A DNA stretch of 64,000 nucleotides, taken from contig JBGANV010000002.1 in assembly GCA_044222185.1 (NCBI GenBank), positions 288,001-352,000 on the forward strand, in the 5' to 3' direction. The stretch comes from Planctomycetota bacterium (GTDB taxonomy: Bacteria; Planctomycetota; GCA-002687715; CAIWVZ01). Below the pieces are notes generated by a model. The model did no database searches. It saw only the letters and a list, made by a program, of their open reading frames with translations, and was not told the origin of the DNA. A program made the translations under genes and the position numbers. Numbering within the stretch: the stretch's first letter is position 1; every line of letters begins with the position of its first letter. Of the stretch, positions 29,210 through 38,800 are shown in pieces.

Positions 29210-30498
29210 ATCGCAGTTTCCTGGTGTTCGTCGCGCTCGCTTGCGCGCTGCGCGGTCAGGAGTCGGCGCCAGCCGGATCTTCGGCCACGCCTCCGAGCGC
29301 CGAGCTGCGGGCCGCCATCGAGGCCTACCTCGACGAAATCTCCGATGGTGTCGCGGCGGGGCTCCTCGAGAAGCTCGTCGCGCGCAAGGACGCGGACGGC
29401 TACTCCGTGCTCGAAGCGTTGAAGACGTGCTCGGTTCCGCTCGCCGCGACCATGGAGGACCTGGTGCCGTATCGGGACCAGCACCTCATGACGCGAGCCC
29501 AGCTCCCGTCGAGTCACGCGCGCACGGGCCCGAGACGGCCCATCGTCTTCGACATCTCCGGCGGAGGGGCGGTGGCGCACCTGAAGCTCGACGACGCCAT
29601 CGTCTGCTTCGTCCACGGCGAGACGGAGATGAACAAGTACACGCCGCCCGAGTTCAGCGACGAAGGGCGGGACGGCTTCCTGAAGGTGCTGCGTCGGACG
29701 TGTCATCGCGCGCATGGAGATCCGAACCGCATGTGGCTGTGCGGGTTCTCATGGGCCGGACACGCGTGCTTCGACACGGCGATGCACCGGCCGGACGTCG
29801 TTCGCGGAATCATCCCGCTGGCTGGCGCGCCGCGTCACGTCGCGTTCAGGCTGCTTCCCAATCTGCGCACGACGGAAGTCGACGCGTTCACGGGCAAGAA
29901 GGACGATCCGATCCTCGTCTGGAACCTGGAGGAGGTCGGCCGGCTCGCCAACGCGCAGAAGCTCGTCTATCGGCTCACGACCGATCCAGAGGCGGGTCAT
30001 ACCCTCCCGTTGCGCGGCATCGACACGGTGGCGAAGACGGTCTCCGTCATTCCTCCACGCGATGACGGCAAGATCCTCTCGGGTGTGATTCTCGGCGACT
30101 CGGCCTTGGTCGAAGGTCCGTTCCTCCGCATGGACGCCATCGATGCGTCACGCGTGAAGGAGCCTGATCGCATCACGGTGCAGCCCGGTCTCTCGGAGGA
30201 GGAGCTGCGCCGCGTGCGCATCAAGTCCGTCGAGAAGAAAGTCGTCAAGCTCACCTGGAGTCTCGAGACGGCGAAGGGCGGCGCGTCGACGCTCTCGGTG
30301 GTTCCGGACGGGGTCACGGGATTCACGATCTTCCTCCGCGAGCCGTGGTTCACGCCGGGCCAGCACGTGACGGTTCGCGCCAAGGGCAAGACCCTCTTCA
30401 ACGGCGCACTCGTGCCCGATCCGCAGACGCTCCTCTCGGAGGCGCGCCGTACCGGCGAGCGGCTGCGCCCCACGTTCCGGGCGATCCAGGTCCGCTGA
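29206..30498 (+). CDS. Secreted alpha/beta-hydrolase-fold protein
   Basis: Signal peptide, nucleophile elbow GFSWAG, then DDP and GH. ATGA overlap with the upstream gene. Confidence 0.65.
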   Translation: MNRSFLVFVALACALRGQESAPAGSSATPPSAELRAAIEAYLDEISDGVAAGLLEKLVARKDADGYSVLEALKTCSVPLAATMEDLVPYRDQHLMTRAQLPSSHARTGPRRPIVFDISGGGAVAHLKLDDAIVCFVHGETEMNKYTPPEFSDEGRDGFLKVLRRTCHRAHGDPNRMWLCGFSWAGHACFDTAMHRPDVVRGIIPLAGAPRHVAFRLLPNLRTTEVDAFTGKKDDPILVWNLEEVGRLANAQKLVYRLTTDPEAGHTLPLRGIDTVAKTVSVIPPRDDGKILSGVILGDSALVEGPFLRMDAIDASRVKEPDRITVQPGLSEEELRRVRIKSVEKKVVKLTWSLETAKGGASTLSVVPDGVTGFTIFLREPWFTPGQHVTVRAKGKTLFNGALVPDPQTLLSEARRTGERLRPTFRAIQVR

Positions 30499-30562
30499 CG
30501 CCACGCGGTTGCCGGGTCGTGGATTCCGTGGTGTCATGGTGCCACGACGATCGGGAGACTGC

Positions 30563-31675
30563 ATGTCGAGAGAGGCCCTCGTACGGTTCGTCTGTGCGTT
30601 GTTCGCCGTGGTCGCCATCGGCTGGGCGCAAGCAGGCGGCCCCGTCGCACGACCGGCCTCCGCCGAGCCGCCTGCGTCGCGGCCGGCCATGGACGTGCCG
30701 CGCCCGCCGTTTCCCTACTACGTCGAAGAGGTCACGTTCGAGAACAAGGCCGCCGGGATCACGTTCCACGGAACCGTGACGCGCCCCGAGGGAAGGGGGC
30801 CGTGGCCCGCGGCGGTCCTCATCGCTGGAGCCGGCGCTCACGATCGCGACGAGACGGTCGGCCTGCACAAGCCGTTCATGGTGATTGCCGATCGCCTCAC
30901 GCGTCAGGGCATGGCGATCCTGCGTTACGACAAGCGCGGAGTGCGCGGCACCCGCGGCGACGTCATGAAGGCCACGAGCGTCGACCTCGCGAAGGACGCC
31001 GAGGCCGGGTTCGACTATCTCCGAGGACGACCGGACGTGGACGCGAGCCGCGTCGGCGTGATCGGGCACAGCGAAGGCGGGATGCTCGTCTTCATCATCA
31101 CGGGGAGCCGGCCTGAAGTCGCATTCGCCGTTTCACTCGCGGGCGTGAGCACGGACTGCGAGACGGCGTCCAAGCAGTTCGCACTGCTGCTCGCCCGCGG
31201 GGCAGGAGTGTCCGAGCTCATACTGATCCCGGGGCGCCTGCTCATCGGGCGGATCATCGACGTGCTCAAGGCTTCGAAGGATCAGGCATCGGCGGAAGCC
31301 GAGTTGCGGACGTTCGTGCCGGCCGAGTTCATCCCCTTCGTCGCCTCGCCGTGGGTGCGCTTCTTCGTGACGTACGACCCGCGACCGTCCATCGAGCGCA
31401 CGCACTGCCCGGTGCTCGGGATCTACTGCGAGAACGACGTCATGGTGTCGCCGACCACGAACGCGCGCGCGTTGCGGCTCGCCCTCGTGCGAGGAGGCAA
31501 CACCACCTTCGACGTGGAGACCTTCCCCGAGACGAATCACATGCTTCAGCCTGCGTCGAAGCGGCAGGCCATGGATTTCACGTCGAGCGCGTTCTCCATC
31601 GCCCCGCCGATCATGGAGAAGCTGACGACGTGGCTCGCGGCTCACGTGGGCAGGCCCGCCGGCGACTACAAGTGA
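30563..31675 (+). CDS. Secreted alpha/beta hydrolase (aminoacyl-peptidase-like)
   Basis: PPFPY..EEVTF, DRDE, LRYDKRG, GHSEGG, NDVMV and NHM motifs. Confidence 0.85.
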   Translation: MSREALVRFVCALFAVVAIGWAQAGGPVARPASAEPPASRPAMDVPRPPFPYYVEEVTFENKAAGITFHGTVTRPEGRGPWPAAVLIAGAGAHDRDETVGLHKPFMVIADRLTRQGMAILRYDKRGVRGTRGDVMKATSVDLAKDAEAGFDYLRGRPDVDASRVGVIGHSEGGMLVFIITGSRPEVAFAVSLAGVSTDCETASKQFALLLARGAGVSELILIPGRLLIGRIIDVLKASKDQASAEAELRTFVPAEFIPFVASPWVRFFVTYDPRPSIERTHCPVLGIYCENDVMVSPTTNARALRLALVRGGNTTFDVETFPETNHMLQPASKRQAMDFTSSAFSIAPPIMEKLTTWLAAHVGRPAGDYK

Positions 31676-31717
31676 AGCCACCGGCGAGCTGAAAACGTCA
31701 GACGTCCGTCAGAATCG

Positions 31718-32020
31718 TCACTCCAACGTGTGAGTCCCGTGCGCGACGGCGCCGCCCGCCCGGATCGCGGCCGCGACGAGCGTCGCCTCCGCCAGCTCCT
31801 GCTCAGTCGCGCCTGCCTTGCGCGCTTTCTTCGCGTGAAGCTCGATGCAGTATCCGCACTGGGTCGTCAGGCCCACGGCGACGGCCATGAGCTCCTTGTA
31901 CTTCAGCGGAATGGCGCCCTCGCCGAATGCCGCCGCGTCGAAGGCGACGAAGCCCTGCATGGCGGCGGGAGCCAATTCGGCGAGGCGTTTCATCTTGGTC
32001 AGGTTCTTCATGTCGTACAT
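31718..32020 (-). CDS. Carboxymuconolactone decarboxylase/AhpD-like protein
   Basis: KYKELMAVAVGLTTQCGYCIELH and AGATEQELAE motifs. GGAG RBS upstream of MYDM. Confidence 0.88.
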   Translation of the reverse strand: MYDMKNLTKMKRLAELAPAAMQGFVAFDAAAFGEGAIPLKYKELMAVAVGLTTQCGYCIELHAKKARKAGATEQELAEATLVAAAIRAGGAVAHGTHTLE

Positions 32021-32176
32021 CGTGGTCTCCATTCGTCGTGACTCGTCCGAGGCCCTGGGGGTGCAGGCCGCGGCACGTCGGAGACAACCTACGGATCGCG
32101 TCGCCGATCGGGAGTGCACTCGAGTTGCACCCCCCATGCGTCCCCCTGATACGTTCACACCTCTCGGAGGACAGTC

Positions 32177-32857
32177 ATGCCCTCGCCTGGGAAGAAGACC
32201 GTGACCGAGCTGTTCGGGCTCCCGGCACCGCCGCGAACGGGTCGTGGGCGACTCATCGCTGCGGCGATCGACCTTTTCTATCGCCACGGTTTCAGCGCTG
32301 TCGGCATCGACCAGGTGATCGACGCGGCGGGCGTCACGAAGACGACGTTCTACAAGCACTTCGAGAGCAAGGACGAGCTCATGGTCGCGGCCGTCGAACG
32401 TCGCGACGAATGGGAGACGGAAGCCTGGCAACGCGCCGTGCGGACCATCGCCGGAGACGACCCGCGGAAGTGGTTCCTGGGAATGCTCGACGTGATGGAC
32501 GTCTGGTTCAACGACCCGGACTTCCACGGATGCATGTTCCTCAACACGGCGGTGGAGTTTCCCAATCCCCACGATCCCGTGCACAAGGCGGCGGTCGCGT
32601 ACAAGCGCCGCGCGCGGGACGGCTGGCGCGACCTGGCACGATCAGCGGGTGCCGACGCCACCTCGGCGGACGCGTTCGCCGACTGCTACACGGCATTGAT
32701 CGAAGGCGCGTTGATCCTGCGGCAAACGCACGGACGCAACGACGCCGCGCGCGTCATCCGCCCGCCCGTCGAGCAACTGATGCTCGCGCACCTCCCCACC
32801 GTCGCGAAGAAGCGTGAAGGGCGACGCACTCGCGGGTCGCGGGCGAGCGGCTCCTGA
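32177..32857 (+). CDS. TetR/AcrR family regulator
   Basis: HTH GFSAVGIDQVIDAAGVTKTTFYKHFESKDEL. C-terminal FHGCMFLN motif with a Cys. Confidence 0.9.
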   Translation: MPSPGKKTVTELFGLPAPPRTGRGRLIAAAIDLFYRHGFSAVGIDQVIDAAGVTKTTFYKHFESKDELMVAAVERRDEWETEAWQRAVRTIAGDDPRKWFLGMLDVMDVWFNDPDFHGCMFLNTAVEFPNPHDPVHKAAVAYKRRARDGWRDLARSAGADATSADAFADCYTALIEGALILRQTHGRNDAARVIRPPVEQLMLAHLPTVAKKREGRRTRGSRASGS

Positions 32858-32875
32858 GCGGCGCGGCCTCCGCAA

Positions 32876-34444
32876 TCATCGCGTCGCCCGAGCCCGGGAC
32901 TTCCCGCCCTTCAACCCCAAGGCGCGCAGCTTCGATTCGAGCGTCGTCGGGCGAAGCCCCAGGAGCTCCGCGGCGCCGCCGGCCCCCGAGACCTTCCCGC
33001 CCGCCCGCTCGAGCGCGGCGGCGATGACGTCCCGTTCGCGTCGCTTCAGATCGGCCAGCGTCGTCGCGTCCGGTGCATCGCCCTCGGACTGACCCGCGCC
33101 CGGCGTCACCACCGTCGACGCGGGCGTCACCAACTCGGGGACGTGCAAGGTTCCCCGCGGCGACAGGATCACGGCACGCTCGACGACGTGCTGAAGCTCG
33201 CGGACGTTGCCCGGCCAGTGGTACTCCTGAAGCGTCCGAACGGCTGCGTTGGTGATGCGAGGCGCCGCCACTCCCAGTCGCTTCGCGGCGTTCGCCACGA
33301 AGTGCGCGGCCAGATCGGGGATGTCCTCGCGTCGCATGCGGAGCGGCGGAACCTCCACGGGGAACACGGACAACCGATAGAACAGGTCCGGCCGAAATCG
33401 CCCCTCGGTGGCTTCCCTGGACAGGTCCCGGTTCGTCGCCGCGATCACGCGGACATCCGTCTTGCGAGTGCGACCTTCGCCCACGCGCTCGAACGTCCCC
33501 TCCTGCAGGACCCGAAGGAGCTTGGGCTGCTGCGCCAGCGGGATCTCGCCCACCTCGTCGAGGAAGAGCGTGCCGCCGTCGGCGATTTCGAAGCGGCCGG
33601 CGCGATCGCGCAGCGCACCGGTGAAGGCTCCGCGCTGGTGCCCGAAGAACTCGCTCTCGAACAGCTCGGCGGGAATCGCCGCGCAGTTCACTTTCACGAG
33701 GGGACGTTCGCGACGGCGGCTGCGGTCGTGGATCGCACGCGCGACGAGTTCCTTCCCCACGCCGGACTCCCCAAGGACGAGGACGTTGGCGTCCGTCGGA
33801 GCCACCATCTCGATCTGGCGCAGCACTTTGTCCAACGCGGGGGAACGGCCCAGGATGTCGCCGAACGGCGCCGTGATCTCCTCGCGCAGATAGGTGTTGT
33901 CCTGCTCGAGCCGCGCGCGGAGGCGGTCGATCTCCTCGAAGGCGCGGGCATTCGAGATCGCCACGGCCGCGTGGTCGGCGAACGTGCGGAGCCAGGCGAA
34001 GTCGTCCGTCGTGATCGGTGAGCGGTCGAAGAACGCGAGGACACCGAGCACCTCGCCTCGAAACACCAGGGGCTGGGCGGCGAAGGACACCACCGACTCG
34101 GCCCGCACCCACTCGGGGTTGCAGATCCACGCGTCGTCGAGCGTGAGGTCGGCGAGCAGCACACCCTCACCGCTCGCGGCGACGCGTCCGATCTTGCGAT
34201 CACCGAGCTGGAACCGTGAGAAGTGCCCGTCGAGCCTGCGCGGGTCCGCACCCGGGCTCCGAAGCCGTCCCGCGCTCGCCGCCAGTTGGAGCCACTGCTG
34301 TCGCCCACGGTCGTCGTCGCGGGACTCCACAAGCCAGATCCGGGCGAGGGCCACGTTCGGGCAGTGGGCGACGCTCTCGACGATCTCCCCCAAGACGTCC
34401 TTGGTGGCGCGGGCGGCCGTGATGGCGAGCATCACGTTCTGCAT
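32876..34444 (-). CDS. GAF-domain sigma-54 enhancer-binding protein (FhlA-like)
   Basis: GESGVGKE, ESEFFGH..GAFTGA, LFLDEVGE, FRPDLFYRL, WPGNVREL and a C-terminal Fis HTH. Start uncertain. Confidence 0.92.
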   Translation of the reverse strand: MQNVMLAITAARATKDVLGEIVESVAHCPNVALARIWLVESRDDDRGRQQWLQLAASAGRLRSPGADPRRLDGHFSRFQLGDRKIGRVAASGEGVLLADLTLDDAWICNPEWVRAESVVSFAAQPLVFRGEVLGVLAFFDRSPITTDDFAWLRTFADHAAVAISNARAFEEIDRLRARLEQDNTYLREEITAPFGDILGRSPALDKVLRQIEMVAPTDANVLVLGESGVGKELVARAIHDRSRRRERPLVKVNCAAIPAELFESEFFGHQRGAFTGALRDRAGRFEIADGGTLFLDEVGEIPLAQQPKLLRVLQEGTFERVGEGRTRKTDVRVIAATNRDLSREATEGRFRPDLFYRLSVFPVEVPPLRMRREDIPDLAAHFVANAAKRLGVAAPRITNAAVRTLQEYHWPGNVRELQHVVERAVILSPRGTLHVPELVTPASTVVTPGAGQSEGDAPDATTLADLKRRERDVIAAALERAGGKVSGAGGAAELLGLRPTTLESKLRALGLKGGKSRARATR

Positions 34445-34479
34445 GGCGGCGAGGTTCACGGGGCGCAGATTGACGGAGT

Positions 34480-34526
34480 TTCGTGAATCCCCCAACGAAG
34501 ATTCGTGAATCACGAGATCTCGTGAA
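34480..34526. promoter_or_regulatory. Putative upstream activator sequence for the sigma-54 activator
   Basis: Perfect 16-bp palindrome TCACGAGATCTCGTGA (34510-34525) plus repeated TTCGTGAAT half-sites (34480, 34502), about 70-110 bp upstream of the -24 element. Confidence 0.6.
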
Positions 34527-34592
34527 GGCACGCCGAAGCCTTCGAACGACGTAAGTGAATGCAATCCAAGGATTTGATGAGTGTCAGGTGTT

Positions 34593-34609
34593 CCGGCACG
34601 AGGACTGCA
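34593..34609 (+). promoter_or_regulatory. Sigma-54 (-24/-12) promoter
   Basis: CCGGCACGAGGACTGCA has GG(34595-6)-N10-GC(34607-8), matching TGGCAC-N5-TTGC. Lies upstream of the AhpD gene and divergent from a sigma-54 activator. Confidence 0.8.
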
Positions 34610-34677
34610 AAGAGGGGGTGGAGGTCGCCCCGATCCGGGGCGGCCGCGAAGTGAACTCATCGACAAGGGAGACGACC

Positions 34678-35235
34678 ATGTCACGCATCCAGATCCTCGA
34701 TCCGAAGACCAGCCAGGGCCGCGCGAAGGAACTCCTCGATGCCGTCCAGAAGAAGCTGGGGGTGACCCCGAACATGATGCGCGCGCTCGCCAACTCACCG
34801 GCGGCGCTCCAGGCGTACCTGGACTTCGGCGGCGCGCTCGCCGGCGGAGCGTTGTCGACGAAGGTGCGGGAGCAGATCGCGCTCACCATCGGCGAGATCA
34901 ACTCCTGCGGGTACTGCCTCTCGGCCCACACGCTGCTGGGCGGCAAGGCCGGGTTGACGCCCGAACAGGTCCTCGCGGCGCGCCGAGCGACCGCCGATGA
35001 CCCCAAGGCGAACGCCATCCTGCACCTCGCGAAGGAGATCGCGCTCCGCCGCGGCGAATTGCGCGATCAGGATCTGCGGGCGGCGCGTGACGCGGGCGTC
35101 ACCGACGGCGAGATCGCCGAGGTCGTCGGGGCTGTCGCGCTCAACATCTTCACGAACTACTTCAATGCGGTCGCCGTCCCGCCCATCGACTTCCCCGAAG
35201 TGAAGCCCGGCGTCGCCGCGGCCGCCCACGCTTGA
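34678..35235 (+). CDS. AhpD-like alkylhydroperoxidase / CMD family protein
   Basis: PNMMRALANSPAAL, REQIAL, CGYCLSAH and NIFTNYFN motifs. AAGGGAG RBS. Confidence 0.9.
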   Translation: MSRIQILDPKTSQGRAKELLDAVQKKLGVTPNMMRALANSPAALQAYLDFGGALAGGALSTKVREQIALTIGEINSCGYCLSAHTLLGGKAGLTPEQVLAARRATADDPKANAILHLAKEIALRRGELRDQDLRAARDAGVTDGEIAEVVGAVALNIFTNYFNAVAVPPIDFPEVKPGVAAAAHA

Positions 35236-35254
35236 CATCCTCGCGCCGCCGAAA

Positions 35255-35727
35255 CGCCAGGATCCCCGATCTCATTAACGGGGAGCGCCAGGATCCCCGA
35301 TCTCATTAACGGGGAGCGCCAGGATCCCCGAGTCCGACGAGGGGTCCTGGCCGGTTGGCGAGACCTCCGGGCTCGCCTGATCTTCAACACCCCTCCAACC
35401 CGCCAACGGCCCCCCCGCTCGCATCATCGCGTGCGAACGTCGCTGCGACCTCCCGGCAGGGCAGGAGCCCTGCCATCCAGCCGCGTGAAACGCGGCGCTC
35501 CGGAACGCCAGGATCCCCGATCTCATTCACGGGGAGCGCCAGGATCCCCGAGTCCGACGAGGGGTCCTGGCCGGTTGGCGAGACCTCCGGGCTCGCCTGA
35601 TCTTCAACACCCCGCCAATCCGCCCACGGCCCCGCCGCGCTCGCATCACCGCATGCGAACGTCGCTGCGACCTCCCGGCAGGGCAGGAGCCCTGCCATCC
35701 GGCCGCGTGAAACGCGGCGTTCCGGAA
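35255..35727. repeat. Nested REP-like cluster: two ~220-bp units plus a duplicated 31-bp sub-unit
   Basis: CGCCAGGATCCCCGATCTCATTAACGGGGAG at 35255 and 35286. Large unit 35286-35505 is repeated at 35506-35727. Shares hairpin modules with 1-326. Confidence 0.9.
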
Positions 35728-35823
35728 TCGCCGCGCGCGTCGCGGGCGCTGACTATGATGGCGGTCCATTTCGCCGCGCCAGCTCGCTCAGGAACTGCGG
35801 GTCGGCACGTCGCTGGAGGCCCC

Positions 35824-38800
35824 ATGAAGACGACGTCCATCGCATGCACGGCACTGCTCGCCCTGGTCACCCTCGCGCCCACCTTCGGGCAGGGACCCCG
35901 GCCACTGACGCATGACGACTACGAGCAATGGAAGTCGTTGCGCGGCACGTCCTACAGCCTGGACGGCAAGTGGGTCGCCTACCAGATCGAGCCCCAGTGG
36001 GGTGATGGCGTACTCGAGATCCGCCAGACCGACGGCGACGTCGTCTATCACCACCCCCTCGGGTCCGGTGCTCGCTTCTCCAACGACGACCGCTACGTCG
36101 TCTTCACCATCAACAAGTCGAAGGTCGAGGAGCGCAAGAAGAAGATCGACGACCTCGTGAAGAAGGCCGAAGGCGCGGAGAAGAAGGAGGGGTCGACCGA
36201 GACCTCGAACGAGCCCGGTGGAGGCGGCGCGGCGCGGCCTGCGGGCGCACCGGCAGGGCTCGCGGGTCGCGGCCCGTTCGGCGGCGGCCGTCGCGGCGGC
36301 GCTGGCGGCCCCGGCGGTGCGCCTGGCGCACCAGCGGGCGATGAGGCGTCTCGCGATCGCGGCGACCTGGGAATCATGGACCTCTCGACCGGGAAGGTGG
36401 AGATCATCCCGAAGGTGAAGGGGTTCGCGCTCCCCGAAGAGTTCGCCGTCCTCGTCTATCACCTGGACAAGCCCGAGCCGCCGAAGGATGACGCGTCCGC
36501 CGACAGCCGGCCGGGCGCGGACAGCCGTCGTGCCGAGTCGAGGCCGGAGGAGGGTGCAAGCGCCGAGTCGCGCGGCCCCGAGTCGCGCCCCGAGGGCGGT
36601 CGCTTCGCCGGTGGGCGCCGGGGCGGCCGGCGCGGACCGGGCGCACCCGGCGGCGCGGGTCCCGGCACCGCGAGTGCTCCGACGAGTCGCCCCGAATCCC
36701 GCCCCGAAGATCCAATGGAGAAGAAGCGGCAGGACGGATCCGTGCTCGTGATCCGCGACCTCGCCACCGGCGTGGAGCGCAAATTCGAGGACGTCGTCAA
36801 CTACGGCCTCACACGCAAGGCCACGTGGCTTTGGTGGAACACCTCCGCCAAGAAGCCTGACGCGAAGAAGACCTACGGCCTCTTCGCCGTGAAGCTCACC
36901 GGTGGCGACGTGCGCACGCTCGTCGACGGCTTCGCGGACTTCGGCAACATGACGTCGGATCGCGAGGGGTCGGTTCTGGCGTTCACCAGCAACAAGAACG
37001 ACTTCGCCGCGGAGAAACCGCGGAGCGACATCTGGATCTGGAACTGCGACGATCGGCCGGCCGAGCGGATCGTCCATCCGGAAACCCCCGGCATGCCGAA
37101 GACGAAGGTCCCGGGCGGCGGGCTCGGCTTCTGCCGCGACGGCAGCGTTCTCGCGTTCTCCGTGCAGGATCTGCCGGAGCCGGACGCGACGCCGATCCTG
37201 CCGGACGAGAAAGTCGTCCTCGACATCTGGCACTGGAACGACGGGCAGTTGCAGACCGCCCAGGCGAAACGCACGGGACGCCGCAACAGCAACTGGACGG
37301 CCGTCTGGCATCGCGCCGAACGACGTCTGCAGGTGCTTGGTGACGCGACGGTCGAGAGCGTCCGCTTCCTCACGCGCGACGGATCGCGAGGCCTCGCGAC
37401 CGACGACACGCCCTACGAGAAGCTCTCGACCTGGGACACCCGCTATTCGGACGTCTACGTCGTCAACACGCTCGACGGGTCGCGGACGAAGGTCCTCGAG
37501 AAGCTCCGTGGCACGGTGAGCAACTCCCCCGAGGGCCGCTACCTCGTGTGGTTCGGGACCGACTACCACTGGTGGTCGCTGGACGTCGCAACGCTCCAGA
37601 AGCGCGATCTCACCGGCTCGCTGCCCGTGGCGTTCCAACAGACGGATGACGACCATCCCGCGGCCGATCCCGCGTGGGGGATCGCGGGATGGACCGAGCA
37701 CGACGCCGAGATCGTGTTGAACGACCAATTCGATCTTTGGCGCGTATCGCCGGCCACCGGCACCTCGGCCTGCGTCACGGATGGCTACGGCCGCGCCGAG
37801 ACGACGCGCCTGCGACTCGAGATCCTCGACCGCGAGCAGGAGCACCTCCCGACCGAGCTGCTGCTCTCCGCCGTGAACACCGAAACGATGGCCGAAGGCT
37901 ATTTCACCGACTCGCTGACGGAGCCGCGCAAGCCCCTCCGCCTCGTGAACGTCGACAAGAACTTCGGTGGACTCACCAAGCCGAAGAAGACGGATCGGCT
38001 GTTCTTCACGCTTTCCACCTTCGCCGACTTCCCCGACCTGTGGACCGCGCAACACGACTTCACGGGGATGAAGAAGCTGTCGGCTGCGAACCCTCAGCAG
38101 GCGAACTACCGCTGGGGCAAGGCCGAGCTCGTGCGATGGATCAACGGCGACGGCAAGACGCTGAAGGGCGTGCTCGTCAAGCCTGACGGATTCGATCCCG
38201 CGAAGAAGTACCCGATGATGGTCTACTTCTACGAGCGGATGTCCCAGAGCCTGCACGAGTACGTCGCGCCTTCGCCGGGCACGTCGCCGATCGCGTCGTA
38301 CTACGTCAGCAACGGCTATCTCTGGTTCATGCCCGACATCGTCTACGAGGTGGGCTACCCCGGTGAATCGTGCGTGAAATGTGTCGTCTCCGGAGTGGAG
38401 TCGCTCATCGCCAAAGGGTTCGTGGACGAGAAGGCCATCGGCGCGGCAGGACACAGCTGGGGCGGATACCAGACGGCATTCCTCGTCACGCGCACGAACA
38501 TCTTCGCGGCCGTCGAATCCGGGGCCCCAGTCTCCAACATGATCTCGGCCTATGGCGGGATCCGCTACGAGACGGGCATCTCGCGTCAGTTCCAATACGA
38601 GAAGGATCAATCGCGCATCGGCGGAACGCCGTGGCAGTACCCGATGCGCTATTGGGAGAACTCGCCGATCTTCTTCGCGGACAAGGTGAAGACTCCCGTG
38701 CTGATCCTCCACAACGACGCGGATGGTGCGGTGCCGTGGACGAATGGCATCGAGTACTTCACAGCCCTGCGTCGACTCGAGAAGGAAGCCTACTTGTTCA

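Noticed and set aside
35255-35331. 31-bp direct repeats as a CRISPR array
   Set aside because: The copies abut with no unique spacers, there are too few of them, and no cas genes are in the window.
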